Source of the DNA: Octopus vulgaris
Taxonomy: Eukaryota
Direction of reading: 5' to 3'
DNA length: 64,000 nt
Assembly: GCA_951406725.2 (NCBI GenBank)
Contig: OX597815.1
Span: 165,354,001-165,418,000, forward strand
Of the stretch, positions 12,773 to 24,574 are shown in pieces. The notes beneath the pieces were generated by a model, which was not told the origin of the DNA, did no database searches, and worked only from the letters and a program-made list of their open reading frames with translations. Numbering within the stretch: position 1 is the stretch's first letter; the number at the start of each line of letters is the position of its first letter. Made by a program: the position numbers and the translations under genes.

Positions 12773-15700
12773 CTTGCCATTTATTATTCAGAATATCTAA
12801 GGCCGCAGTTTTGGCACGGGTTTTCATGCGCCTAGCTTTTTCTGTGCTTGTTTCTTGTATATCTATCTCTAATTCCGAAATTGGTTGTATTCGGAATTCA
12901 CTTAGATATTCCTTTGCCTGTTTTGTGACTGAGTATGATGCTTTCTTGTTTTCATGTTTTGAGACAAGTTTTAGCATCCAGTCCTCAGAGTTTTTCAGGT
13001 AGGTGTCTAGGCCAATTGTAGCAATCTTCATTGTTATTGCCAGTTGCAAAAGACCACGGCCTCCCTCTTTTCTTGGCAGATAGAGTCGTTCTGTATCTGC
13101 CTTAGGGTGGTGCATTCTATGCATTGTCAACAGTTTCCTTATTTTTCTGTCGAGCTGACATATTTCAGTAATTGACCAGTTAACAATATTGAAACTGTAA
13201 GTCACGACTGGTATAGCTAATGCATTGATTGCTTCGATCCTGTTTCTTGCATTCAGCTCTGTCTTGAGTATTGCTCTCACTCTTCGATAGCATTCTCTCC
13301 TGATCCTTTCCTTCATCTCTGAATGCCTTATTCCGTTCCCTTCAATTATCCCTAGGTACTTGTAGCTCTCTGCTGGGTCTAGTTCTTTTATGACATTCTG
13401 TTGGTCAAGGTTAACGTTAGATGTTTCTGTCATTTTTCCTTTGATAAAGGTAGCCTTTGCACATTTATCGAGGCCGAATTGCATTCTGATGTCGTCACTG
13501 AATTGTTTGACTATCGCTAGTAAGCCCTTGAGTTGTTGATCATTTTTTGCAAAAAGCTTTAAATCATCCATGTAAACGAGATGATTTATATTTTTATCAA
13601 ACATTTTATACCCGTACTGCGCGTCATTGAGCAGCTTTGAGAGAGGTATTAAGGATAAACAAAAGAGGAGTGGTGACAGTGAGTCACCCTGGAAAATGCC
13701 ACACGAAATTTTTACATCACCAGCATTTAGGGATTCACTGTCACTGTTCAGAGTTAGTGTGGTTCTCCATGATCTCATACTTACAGTCAAGAAGTTTCGC
13801 AGAGTTGGTGCTATCTTATACATTTCAAGGCATTTCCTAATCCAGCTATGTGGTAGGCTATCAAAAGCCTTTTTATAGTCTATCCAGGCTATTGATAAGT
13901 TTTTGTGTCGTTTGTGACAATCTTCTAAGATCATCTTATTGATGAGTAGTTGGTCTTTACAGCCGTAGGATCCACGTTTACATCCTTTCTGTTCATTAGG
14001 GAATATGCTGCTGTCTGTTAAAAAACTATAGGTATATTCCGTCAGGACAGATGTTAGTGTTTTGTACATAGTTGTTAAGCAAGTTATGGGTCTATAGTTT
14101 TTTGGTTCATTTGTTTCTTCACTTTTTGGAAGCAGGAATGTTAACCCATTAACTAGCCAAGGAGGCATCCTACTAGGGTGTTGCAAAACATCATTGTACA
14201 GTTCTGTTAGCAGTTCATGGCTCTCTGGGAAGGCATTCAGCCAGAAGTTAGGAATTTTATCCTTTCCTGGAGACTTCCATTTGCTTGACCTCCTGAGAAC
14301 AGATCTTATATCTTCTACCTTGACACCCTCCCACTTTTGCTCTTCTAAGGGGTCCAGTTCTGTAGATATTCTGTCAATCCAGGGGGCCTTTTCGTTGTGT
14401 GTTTTTTCTTCTGCCCAGATTTTATTCCAAAATCTCTGCACTTCTTCTTTTGATGGTACAGACCCTGCAGTAAACGCTGTTTTTCCTATCTTCCTGTAAA
14501 AATTCTTGGTGTTATTTTTGAACATGTCGTTGTCCTTGAAAAATCTAACACGCTTTTCATACCTCGCTATGCGGGCAGCTTTGGCAGATACCTTTTGTTT
14601 GATGGTTTCTATGGTGGCATCAATATCAAGTATAGTTTTCATATTGTATTTTTTCAGTAATTTTTGGGTTTTTGTAGGTTTGGTAATCTTGTGAGCCTTA
14701 AGGTTTTTCAAATATTCAATGTCAGATCTAAATATTTTAATTTGTTGTTGCAGACGCTCTTGCCAAGAAGGCTTTTTGTGGGACTGTTGCCGTTTTCTAA
14801 TCTTTACACCACATAGGATCGTTGAGATTTTCGCGGATGCATAGTATAGGTGGTTGAGGTTTGTGATATCAACATCATTAACTGAAATTATATCCTTAAG
14901 TGCAAGCCGGATTTTACCAATTATTTTCATGTTTTGGTTAGAGTTGCGGATTTTAGGAAGTGTATCACGCTCATCCATGCTGGTTTCTTTAATTTTCAGC
15001 CATTCAATCATGATTTGATTTTTTAGCTCATGTAGTTCTGTTGGGTCAATATTTGTGTGACTTTCTTTATCTATTTGATGCTCATCTGTCTTAGTGTTTA
15101 TGATTGGTTCAGGGCGTATTTCACTTTGCCTATCACTTATACTAACTCTTTCAATCCTCTCTTCGTTTTTTTCCGCCCTGGGCTGGTCTATAATCATTTC
15201 CTCTGTATTATCTTCTCTCGCTGCAGCTTCGTTCATTTTATCCGATATTGCTTGTCTAACCTGATCAATCTCTACTTCAGTCAGTAATTTCTTTTTTATA
15301 ATGTTTCTTCTAACATTGGCAAGCTTGTTACTGTCTATGTAGGGTCTTACTTCAGGGTGTTTCTGTCTCCAGTTTAAGTATGCTTGTACAGTGCTAGACT
15401 TATCTGTGGGGAAATATATGGCATGGTAGAAGGCCTCAAGAACTTCTTTATTATCTTCCCTAGACCATTTTTCCTTCTTTTTCTTTTGATTATTTGGTGA
15501 TGAGCATGGATGGCCATCTGTTGGAATATTCCGGTTGTGGGGTTCGTCCAGCTTCTGTGTGTTGGGAAGATTTGATCCAGTAACTGATTTTTCAATCAGG
15601 ATTTGGTTCAATTTTCGGGTACGTGGTCTTTTGTAATCCGCGCAATGACCAATGCGGTTTATTGTTTGATTTGTTGACCTTGAAGCATGACGAGCATCCA

Positions 15701-15833
15701 TTCTTATATTAGGAGATGGATCTGTCAGTTTAGGGTTCACTACGTGTAAGCATTGCTCATAGCGCCGCTTCTTAAGACTAGCAGATCTATATTCGTCTGT
15801 ATTTTTTTTGTTGATAGTTTTATCTCCGGACAT
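12711..15833 (-). CDS. R4/Dong ORF, N-terminal part: Myb-like region and reverse transcriptase
   Basis: 1040 aa with WSREDN...W...KLAN..RNI (R4-type N-terminal motif), WKSPGKDKI, NYRPITCL, WIDYKKAFDSLPHSW, GIFQGDSLSPLLF, YMDDLKL, FGLDKC, YKYLG and LYLPRKEGGRGL. The last ~19 residues are out of frame. Confidence 0.93.
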   Translation of the reverse strand: MSGDKTINKKNTDEYRSASLKKRRYEQCLHVVNPKLTDPSPNIRMDARHASRSTNQTINRIGHCADYKRPRTRKLNQILIEKSVTGSNLPNTQKLDEPHNRNIPTDGHPCSSPNNQKKKKEKWSREDNKEVLEAFYHAIYFPTDKSSTVQAYLNWRQKHPEVRPYIDSNKLANVRRNIIKKKLLTEVEIDQVRQAISDKMNEAAAREDNTEEMIIDQPRAEKNEERIERVSISDRQSEIRPEPIINTKTDEHQIDKESHTNIDPTELHELKNQIMIEWLKIKETSMDERDTLPKIRNSNQNMKIIGKIRLALKDIISVNDVDITNLNHLYYASAKISTILCGVKIRKRQQSHKKPSWQERLQQQIKIFRSDIEYLKNLKAHKITKPTKTQKLLKKYNMKTILDIDATIETIKQKVSAKAARIARYEKRVRFFKDNDMFKNNTKNFYRKIGKTAFTAGSVPSKEEVQRFWNKIWAEEKTHNEKAPWIDRISTELDPLEEQKWEGVKVEDIRSVLRRSSKWKSPGKDKIPNFWLNAFPESHELLTELYNDVLQHPSRMPPWLVNGLTFLLPKSEETNEPKNYRPITCLTTMYKTLTSVLTEYTYSFLTDSSIFPNEQKGCKRGSYGCKDQLLINKMILEDCHKRHKNLSIAWIDYKKAFDSLPHSWIRKCLEMYKIAPTLRNFLTVSMRSWRTTLTLNSDSESLNAGDVKISCGIFQGDSLSPLLFCLSLIPLSKLLNDAQYGYKMFDKNINHLVYMDDLKLFAKNDQQLKGLLAIVKQFSDDIRMQFGLDKCAKATFIKGKMTETSNVNLDQQNVIKELDPAESYKYLGIIEGNGIRHSEMKERIRRECYRRVRAILKTELNARNRIEAINALAIPVVTYSFNIVNWSITEICQLDRKIRKLLTMHRMHHPKADTERLYLPRKEGGRGLLQLAITMKIATIGLDTYLKNSEDWMLKLVSKHENKKASYSVTKQAKEYLSEFRIQPISELEIDIQETSTEKARRMKTRAKTAALDILNNKWQENLSMANTQRERIMQISTKP

Positions 15834-16490
15834 TTTTTTTTTTTTTTTTTTTCCTTTCCTCCTCTTCCTTTCTTCAAGGCTTACTGTGTCTGTATTAGTT
15901 CGAAATAATGAGAATAAAATACGGAGAAGGAAACGAAAAGAAAGGGAAAAAAGGATCTGTCAGTTATTATTGTTATTACTATCATCTTCACCACCATCAC
16001 CATCATCAGCAACATCACCATCACCATCATCATCTTCAATGACATTGTTTTATGTGTAGCCACAGCCACCATCAACACTCCATTGTGTTGGAGAATGGGT
16101 GGTTAAAGAATTCATGTTCTTTGGGTCTATAAATAGCCACGGTAGATGGTGGAGACAAAGGACGTTAATGGTCAGTAAAAGGTCAAACCTGTTTACGTTT
16201 ATTTATTTATTTATTTTTTTTTTTTTTTTTTTTTTTTTCCTTTCTCTTTTCTTCTTCACCACATGCATATGTATATGTATATATATGTATATTCACTCAC
16301 ACATATTATCTGATGTTTTCGTCAAAGATTTTTTTTTTATTTTTTAAATAACTTTCTGAGTTCAATGTTATGTATATATTTTTAAATTTCTGAATTCAGT
16401 TGTATGTATATAGTAGTAGGTGCTTAATTCCATAACTTTTTATCGTGCACTTAATTGTGTTGTTACAATAAAAGGTAATTTAAAAGGCAA

Positions 16491-16523
<33 letters not shown>

Positions 16524-16524
<1 letters not shown>

Positions 16525-16732
16525 GACGTCGCACAGTATACAATATCATGAAGTTGTTGATTGAAGATATTGTGTCTACCGGGGGTTTGTACTGTTTGTC
16601 AAATCACAAGGAGCTCAGACAGACAGTACTTTACGCAATATGCATGCAGTTCCAAGTAATGCCGATTCTGCAATACCTCTAGTATTTCTAAGTTTCTCAG
16701 ATGTTTTTTTCAGACTGGGGTTTATTGAACCC
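16524..16732 (-). mobile_element. 5'-truncated R4/Dong-like 3' fragment, third family
   Basis: Minus strand encodes ALLGTACILRKVLSV* with a distinct 3' UTR; (TTA)n tracts lie on both sides. Confidence 0.75.
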
Positions 16733-16801
<69 letters not shown>

Positions 16802-16812
16802 CATCATTATTA

Positions 16813-18100
16813 GGGCCGCCATACTGTGAAGTCACGGAAATTAGGTGCTCCGTAAGTTGAAAAAATGTTCGTAAAATTTTCGGCCTCGTCTTTCCATTTC
16901 TATTGTTACCATTCCATAGATTGTCGGGACTGCACAGATAGTGTTTTTGTGTAGAAACACCTCCTGTTTTTCAGGGGGTGCGCTTCAATAATTTTTGAAT
17001 TTTAACTGCTTTCGGCAAAAATAAATAATTTGCAATTTTATGTAATCATTTAAAGATGACTGATGAAGAAGCTATCATAATATTCGACAAAGGAACGTGC
17101 TCCTTGTCGGGAAAAATTGAGAACGAGGAAAGAATTGAGAATATGAATATCGAAAGGCCTAAACTTAATGATGTCACCGAGGTAAAAAATGTTTCGTCTC
17201 TAACAACAGCAGCAGCAGCAGTGACAGTAACAACAATAATAACAACAGCAACAACAACAACAACAACAATGATAACAGCAATAATACGAAAGAAATGAAA
17301 CATAAAAATGCAAATATCAGCGGTGGGAAATAAGGAAAGCTTCCACATAGACGAAGAAAAATTAAGATTGGTAAGAAAAATTGTGAAGAGAGATGGGAGA
17401 ACGGTGGCTCTAAACCCTCTATCCGACGTGATAGAAAATATTGAAAGAAAATATAGCATACCGTTGCATCGGAGTCAAGTATTGGCGAGTGGAAAATGCC
17501 TTGGGCGCGTGTGGGAACAAAAACCCCACTTCTCCCGAGAAAAGAAGTTTGGAACTATTGAGGTGAGATTTGGGACGGAAGAAGCTAAATGTAATTCCGC
17601 AACCAGTTTGAGGAATGATAACATTTTCTTAATCCCCAGCTATCGCGACCAACGCTTTGCCTAGGTTAAGCTGCTGAATGGGCCGCCATAAATACCCATT
17701 ACCTGGCTAGTGACGGCCGTCTTGGCAGGTTTAGAAGAAGACGAAGTCACAATATTGGAGGTCAAGAAATTACCCAGGCAAAACTGGTTAGGTATAAGTA
17801 TGGAACTGACCTCGCAATGCAAGCAGGACCATATCGATCAGCTGTCCGGTCTAGTCGATCTCCCGGATGGTACTTACCTATCAGTGTTCGTGTAGAGTAG
17901 AAAGCCACGATACCACACACGTAGATCTGCAAATCACTTCAAGGCTTCCTGTCCTGAAACAAGGTAAACTAAAGTCCCACTGCTGCCAACATTACAATCA
18001 CCACAAATTTAAAATCATAAACAAGTGCTCAAGGCTCCTACAGCCACTACCACACTCACGCTCTCACCCACTCCCAAACCAACACAAAGAAGGTGTCTGA
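16813..18100 (+). pseudogene. degenerate LINE 5' region with ORF1-like (RRM-type) fragments
   Basis: ORFs 17056, 17308 and 17710. RTVALNPLS...KKFGTIEVRFGTEEA aligns by eye with RTVKFRTFS...KEYGTVEVTFEKEEDA at 42096-42527. L1/Tx1-like ORF1 assignment is inference. Confidence 0.45.
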
Positions 18101-19092
18101 CCCCGGTTGTCATTTGTTTCTCCATCAATTTATCCATTTCCAAAATCCCCAAGTACTTATAGCCCGTCTCTTCTATCTGCTTCATAACCTCCCCCCGACG
18201 GTATCGCTAGCCCGTCCATACATTTGATTTTGCCTCTCTTCAAGACTAATACACCACACTTACTCAGTCCGAACTCCATTCTATATCAGCACTGAAGGTA
18301 TACACCGTATCAACGAGGGAACTGATTTGGGCTTCATTTTTATCATAAAGTTTGAAGTCATCCATGTATAACAAATGGTTGACATTTTGAATTCATACCC
18401 AGCTTTTGCTTTCCTCAGAATCAGTGTCAGTGGTATCAAGCATAGTACAAAGATTTGTGGGGACAGGCAGTCCCCTTGGAAGATGCCCCTCCTAATTTCT
18501 ACTGTCCCTAAACTTCTTTCGTATGCTGTTAGGTCCGTCCTCCAATTCGCCATACTTTTTCCAAGCAATCGCTCAACATTCGATGCAATACCAAATAGGT
18601 TCATACACTCCATAATCCAAGAATGTGGGATGATATCGTACGCCTTACGATAGTCGATCCATGACATGGCTGAATTACTTTCCCTCTTTTTGCAATCTCT
18701 AAGTACAATTTTGTCTATCAGGAGTTGATCCTTGGTACCTCTGCTCTTACGCTTGCAACCCTTCTACTCATTTGGCAGGACTCCATTTTTCCCCAGATGT
18801 TCATACATTGACTCTGCGAGTATTCCAGTCAATAACTTCCACATAAGTGGCAAACAGGATATCGGCCTGTAATTGTCTACCGTACTGCCTTTTTCGATAT
18901 TTTTCAGACACAGCACTGTCCTAACCAATGTTAACCACTCTGGTGTTTCTTGGTCGGCATTTAACTAGGTGTTGAGTTGCGTAGCTATTCGTGCATGACA
19001 TTCACCAAATCTTTTCATCTAGCAGCCTTGAACTCTGTCTGGTCCCGGGACCTTCCAGTTGCTCATTTTTTGGCTGATTTCCTTCCTTCCTT
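18101..19092 (-). pseudogene. degenerate R4/Dong-like RT fragment
   Basis: [52 protein letters not shown] and YKYLG, with frameshifts. The 5' truncation abuts the (AAT)n tract at 19098-19157. Confidence 0.88.
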
Positions 19093-19095
19093 CCT

Positions 19096-19157
<62 letters not shown>

Positions 19158-19159
<2 letters not shown>

Positions 19160-19300
19160 GGCAGCAAGCTAGTAGAATCGTTAGTACGCCGGGCGAAATG
19201 CTTAGCAGCATTTAGTCTGTCTTTATGTTCTGAGTTCAAATTCTGCCGAGGTCGATTTAACCTCTTCCCGAAAATTTCAGGCCTTGTGCCTATTATAAAA
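19158..19300 (+). mobile_element. degenerate, internally deleted SINE family B
   Basis: AGAATCGTTAGTACGCCGGGCGAAATGCTTAGC...GAGTTCAAATTC matches 47537-47769. Confidence 0.75.
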
Positions 19301-19429
19301 AGGATTATTATATTTATTTGTTTATTTGTCAGAGTTCTTTCGTCAAACATTCTATGACCTCTTCAGCGATTTTCTGTCCCTCGTGTCTTCTCTTGTCCTG
19401 TCTGTTACTTTCATATTGTAGACTGTCTG

Positions 19430-19790
19430 AAATACCACATTACTAAATGTGTTGAAGCTTACGAATACGTTGGTAGTCTGTGTTCTAATTTTAGTATGTT
19501 GAAACAATTGATTGTAATGAACTTAGTGAAAGATGTGGAAAAATTGGTTAATGCTTATCACGAAGATATTTATTATAATGAATTACTCAATGGTTGGAAG
19601 TAATTTAATCTTTTCATTGTTCTCGATGAAGATTTCAAGTCTCTGCCTCATAAGCAGCAGAATCATTTTACATAAGTTGAAATCTATGCTTCCCAGTGTT
19701 CAATTCGCAATCGGGATATTTAAATGCATGATAGTCATTACTTGTGTAAGGAAGCGCAAATTTTCTAGCAAACACTCATTTCTGTAACAC
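19430..19790 (+). pseudogene. degenerate hAT transposase C-terminal fragment
   Basis: LKSMLPSVQFAIGIFKCMIVITCVRKRKFS resembles the hAT dimerisation consensus FPNVxxALRIxxxxxVTxCxxERSFS. Confidence 0.4.
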
Positions 19791-20236
19791 AGCGGGATAA
19801 CAGTGGTTGAATTTGTTTTTCCCGATGTCCATTGAAAACAACACCTCCAGTAATACAGACTAGCAGGACCCATGAATATTTCACAGGATTAATGGCAAAC
19901 CTATTGGGTTATTTCTGAAAGCTTTATCCAAAATACCCGAAGGCATACCCTGTGTTGTGTCTGTATGGAAAGATAGTCACTCATCTGCTACTCATTGAAA
20001 CGTGAAAGAAATTGGAATATGGTGATTACTTAATGGACTTTATATATACACTTTATATACTTTATGCACAATTTTATAGACTTCATATATAGCACTCGAA
20101 ATAAATATTCACTCTTTTTTTCCATTTTCCCCATAAACAACAGCAAAAAATATCCCGCAAATAGGATACAACCTTTAGTTAAATTGCATATATCTTCCAC
20201 GTAAATAAGCGTAAATAATTCACAGAATTGCACTTA

Positions 20237-20686
20237 TGCGCATGCGTTAAGTAATAGGTGATATAAAAAAAACCTTGTTCAATAAAAAAAATATACTTTT
20301 CACTATTCACTTACCACCAGCACCACCGCCACCAGCACCACCGCCACCAGCACCACCGCCACCAGTACTACCGCCACCAGCACCACCACTACCACTACCA
20401 GCACCAGCACCACCACCACCAGCACCACCGCCACCAGCACCACCACCGCCACCAGCAGCACCACCGTCACCACCACCACTGCCGCCACCACCACCGCGTC
20501 TCTCCTTTTCTTCCTCTCTCTTTCTCTCTTCCACTTTTCCTTCTCCCACTTTTTCTTTAATCACGTGAAATCGTTACCGACGGGCTAAGTAACGCAAAGA
20601 CAAGCAGAAATTCTATAAGACCAGCTGGCCCCGTGCCGTCAAATATGGCGGCTAATTGTAGTATTTTATATATAAATAAGGTACAA
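20237..20686 (+). promoter_or_regulatory. candidate housekeeping-type promoter / first exon
   Basis: NRF1-like TGCGCATGCG (20237), E-box TCACGTGA (20561), YY1-like CAAATATGGCGGC (20640-20652) overlapping an ATG at 20645, and a possible donor AAG|GTACAA after 20680. Confidence 0.3.
20313..20495. repeat. GC-rich CCA/CCG/GCA repeat (15-bp unit CCACCAGCACCACCG)
   Basis: Directly visible. Confidence 0.85.
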
Positions 20687-21394
20687 AATTGGGTACATAA
20701 TAATCACAGATACAAACATTGACATACTTCACTTGTACACGCACACACATACACACATATACTCACACAGAGTTGAGACGCTGTTTGATTTTTCTTTTCA
20801 GCGTTGAATATTCACCATCCTACTTCCAGTTTGATATCACTCCTTCATTCCTTATTCATCTATCACCCCTTTTTCTCATTCATATGTTGTGACGGAGAAA
20901 AATACAAGAGTATTATTATAGTAGAATTTTTCAACCAGTTCTAAGAAATTTTCTCCATTGAAATGCTACATAAAAATTTCCTAACTGAAAAACTTAATTT
21001 AAATATGTTGGGGATGAGAGGATTAAAGACCTAAGTGCATTTCTTTTTCTCGGGTCCTAAAATATACTGAAGATAGCGTTGACTGGAATCCCCAGTACAG
21101 TCCGATATTGTCTTTAACTACGTTCTAGCAATTCATGCGATACCGCTGGTACCAAAGTTTATTGGCTCTTCCCCTTGCCCAATATCGACGGCATGGAGAG
21201 AGGATACCTGTTGCATGGACAACAACTGGTCGTCCATACAACCTTGTGTGGATCTGCTCCTGAAGAAATCGCTCCATTGTCACATCGCCGCGCTCTATCA
21301 ACACGGACTAGTTGCAGATTCATGGGTCTCACAAAACATCCGGATGCTAACATAGCAAATTCACTCTCGCTCTCTCTTTCTCTTTCTCTCTCTT

Positions 21395-21428
<34 letters not shown>

Positions 21429-21771
21429 ATTATGTATACTCACATACACATATGCACACAGACACTGACACCTAAATATAAGCGTGTGCACATATATATG
21501 CACGTTCATGGGCAAGCATACTCAGAAGCATACAGTTAAACATATAATCAGATTGTATTCCATATTAATAAGTTTAAACTAGGTGTGTCTGATTTAAAGA
21601 AGGCCAACTTCTAAAACATCCGCAGCCATTCCGGAGATGATTGAGGCTGTTTAGCACAAGTCATTCCTAAATGAGCAAGCCTAGCATTAAAAGTATTCTA
21701 GCCTTGACCATTATCTCTTCCTCTCAGGAGGTCAGGATAGTCATGGCTAGACTGTATATGTATATTTTTGT

Positions 21772-22162
21772 ATCTGCTTCAGTCATTAGACTGTGGCCAT
21801 GCAGGAGCACCGCCTTGAAATTTTTAGTCAAATTAATCGATCCCAGTACTTATTTTTTAAGACTGGTACTTATTCTATCGGTCTCTTTTGTCGATCCGCT
21901 AAGTTACGGGGGACACACCGTAAACACACCGATACCGGTTGTCAAGAGGTGATGGTGACAAGCACACACACACACGCGTATATATATATATATATAAAGG
22001 ACGGCCTTCTTTCAGTTTCCGTCTACCAAATCCACCCAGAAAGGCTTTGGTCGGTCCGAGGCTATAGTAAAAGACAATTGCTTGAGGTGCCACACAGTGG
22101 GACTAAATCCAGAACCATGTGGCTGGGAAGCAAGCTTCTGACCACACAGCCACGCCTGCGCC
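21772..22162 (-). mobile_element. SINE family A copy, diverged
   Basis: Reverse complement is collinear with 121-525. Confidence 0.8.
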
Positions 22163-23139
22163 TGATAATGTTTATATACAAGGGTAATTTGTTTGCTATT
22201 TCTAGCTGTTCGAGTGACTTCGTAAAAGCTCGTACGTTTACGAAGACTACAAAGGCAGTTTTTGGTGGTAATCAGCGACTAGTTTCCTTTCACATTCACA
22301 TATTCAAAAGTAAATTCATTCGTCGTTCAGTTTAAAAACATCTAGGCTTTGGGTACCGTTAACAAAATCATACTATGTTGCACTCAATCATTCGGACCGC
22401 GTCTCCGGTTTGAGTATACAGCAATATCTTTCAACTATAAATGCGAATAATGGTATCTTCTTCACTTTCTCTTTCCTTTCTTAGAAGGCCCACTAAAAAG
22501 GTCATGGTTTTTCCTTCTTACGCTGATTAAATACCTCCCTCTCCACCAAAAACATAACCATAATTGAGGAACGAAGACTATTAATGCCCTCATATAATTG
22601 GTAGTATGCTAGTATTATTAGGAGAATATAAAAATCTGATTAGAGAAAACGTTAAAGAGATGATGAGAAAATTGTCCATTACTGTGTAGATAGTTAGTGG
22701 GAAGTTGTTTTAAAATGAATAGCTGAAATAACTACGAACTAATGATTATTAGAGGAAAAAGAATTATCTAAAGCATTACTTCTATAAATATGTAATTTTA
22801 GTGGAAATAGATATTTATTTATTGAGTCAAGATTTGATTTTCACAATCACTATAAGATGACGATATTTTTTGTATTTTTCGGCATAGAGTTGTAGGTTAT
22901 AGCTTTTTGTTGTTGTTAAAGCAAAGGTCAACCATGATTGAACAGGAAAATGATTAAAGGCGTTCCAAATGTACTTAGGTTATTTAAAAAAAAATGTTTT
23001 TCAGATACAGTAGAAATAAATCTGCATTATTCATTGAGTCCTTCTTTTAAATGGTTGTGAGCTATTTGAATAAAATACTATGCAGCTATTTTTAGATTGT
23101 AGCTACGAAATATTACATACATAAATACATATACACACC

Positions 23140-23184
<45 letters not shown>

Positions 23185-23187
<3 letters not shown>

Positions 23188-23430
23188 CTTATACCTAAGG
23201 AGAGGTTTTCTTTCGCCGCGATATCTCTCGATTTGTTGGCCATACAGAAGAATTTTCGGAATGCGGTCATTATTCTTTCGAAAAACATGTCCTAACCATC
23301 TGTACTGAATTATCATCGGCATACTGGAAATATCACATTTTTAAATAAGATTCTCGCATTGGATGACTTATCTTGTTATTTTATGCTGCATATGTTGCAC
23401 GAACAGCACATATACGAGAAGAAGGTTTCA
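23185..23430 (-). pseudogene. RTE-clade LINE 3' fragment
   Basis: RWLGHVFRKNNDRIPKILLYGQ...RGERKPLLRYK, typical of the RTE ORF C-terminus. Confidence 0.75.
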
Positions 23431-23561
23431 AGTTTTTTTATATATCCCTGAATGAATTAAAATTCTCTTACATTTTAACAGCTTCTCTTTTCCCTTTTTA
23501 ACAAATTTGTTGAGTTTTATGGGATTTCTTTCCATAAATTCACATAACACACCATATACAA

Positions 23562-23614
<53 letters not shown>

Positions 23615-23699
23615 TTCATTTACATAACATCCTGCTAACAAATCTATCCGTGTATGTATAAGCTGTAGGTATTGGGGTATCACTACCTTCTACTTATAT

Positions 23700-23962
23700 C
23701 TGCTATTTATGAAGACGAACTCCTGTATTTGTTTGAGTGTTGGGTCCTTCGGGTGTTTGGATAAAATGCGGATGTCAAGTCGACCCAGTGTGCCTTCATG
23801 TTGGTCTTTGCCATGTTGCTAGAGTATGGAGGACTGTTTTTTGTTGTTATATTGTCTCAAATGTTCATTTAATCTCTCCGCAATGTTTCTAGATGTCTCA
23901 GGATTGTATATCATGCTCTTGTCTTTACAAGCAACATCTATTCATCTTATGCTGTAGACTAC
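23700..23962 (-). pseudogene. PLE GIY-YIG endonuclease relic (not in the ORF track)
   Basis: Manual translation gives VYSIR*IDVACKDKSMIYNPETSRNIAERLNEHLRQYNNKKQSSIL*QHGKDQH...IRILSKHPKDPTLKQIQEFVFIN, matching the VY..YxGETxR...RxxEH...SxxxxH...RxIxE pattern. Confidence 0.65.
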
Positions 23963-23973
23963 ATTTCTACATG

Positions 23974-24568
23974 CCAGGGTTAATCTTACATACCATGCAG
24001 TTGTCATTGGTGCATGTGGTATTCTCAAAAGGGCACGTCCTACATAATTGTGATCTGATAGAGTTCCCTGGCTTTTCAATGATCTTAATGTTAAGTTTGG
24101 TCTCCTTCAGAGACCACATTCACACACGCATACAATCATACAAACATGAACACACAAACATGAAAACACATGAATATGCAGAATACATACATACAAATCT
24201 ACACGCACGCATATATGTGCATACACGCACAAGCATACATACATACGCACACATACATATATACATACATACAAACGTACACACACGCACACCATTTGGT
24301 GCATGTGGTATTCACATATATATATATATATATGCGTATGTGTACGTTTGTAAGCATGTATTCTGCATATTCATGTTTTCATGTTTGTGTGTTCCTTTTT
24401 GTGTGATTGTATGTGTGTGTGAGTGTGGCCTCTGAAGGAAGCCAAACTCAGCATTAAGATTGTTGAAAAGCCAGGGCGTTCTATCAGATCATAATTATGT
24501 AGGACGTACCCCTTTGAGAATACAAAATGCACCAATGACAACTGCATGGTATGTAAGATTAACCCTGG
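23974..24568. repeat. long diverged inverted repeat (~215-bp arms)
   Basis: 23974-~24188 is the reverse complement of ~24356-24568, with scattered substitutions and a CA/TA-rich spacer. Confidence 0.9.
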
Positions 24569-24574
24569 TATTAA

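Larger units (their letters stand above)
11794..15852 (-). mobile_element. near full-length R4/Dong-clade RLE non-LTR retrotransposon
   Basis: Single-ORF layout of N-terminal domain, RT, CCHC and RLE, then a ~220-nt 3' UTR ending in (AAT)5. Dong elements are known to target TAA repeats. The 5' boundary is approximate. Confidence 0.9.

Noticed and set aside
13627-15595. Antisense or overlapping short ORFs inside the Dong ORF
   Set aside because: Shadow frames of the RT coding sequence.
20275-20568. Pro-rich (formin/extensin-like) or Gly-rich ORFs
   Set aside because: Arise entirely from a CCA-based repeat that is open in several frames; no flanking domain.
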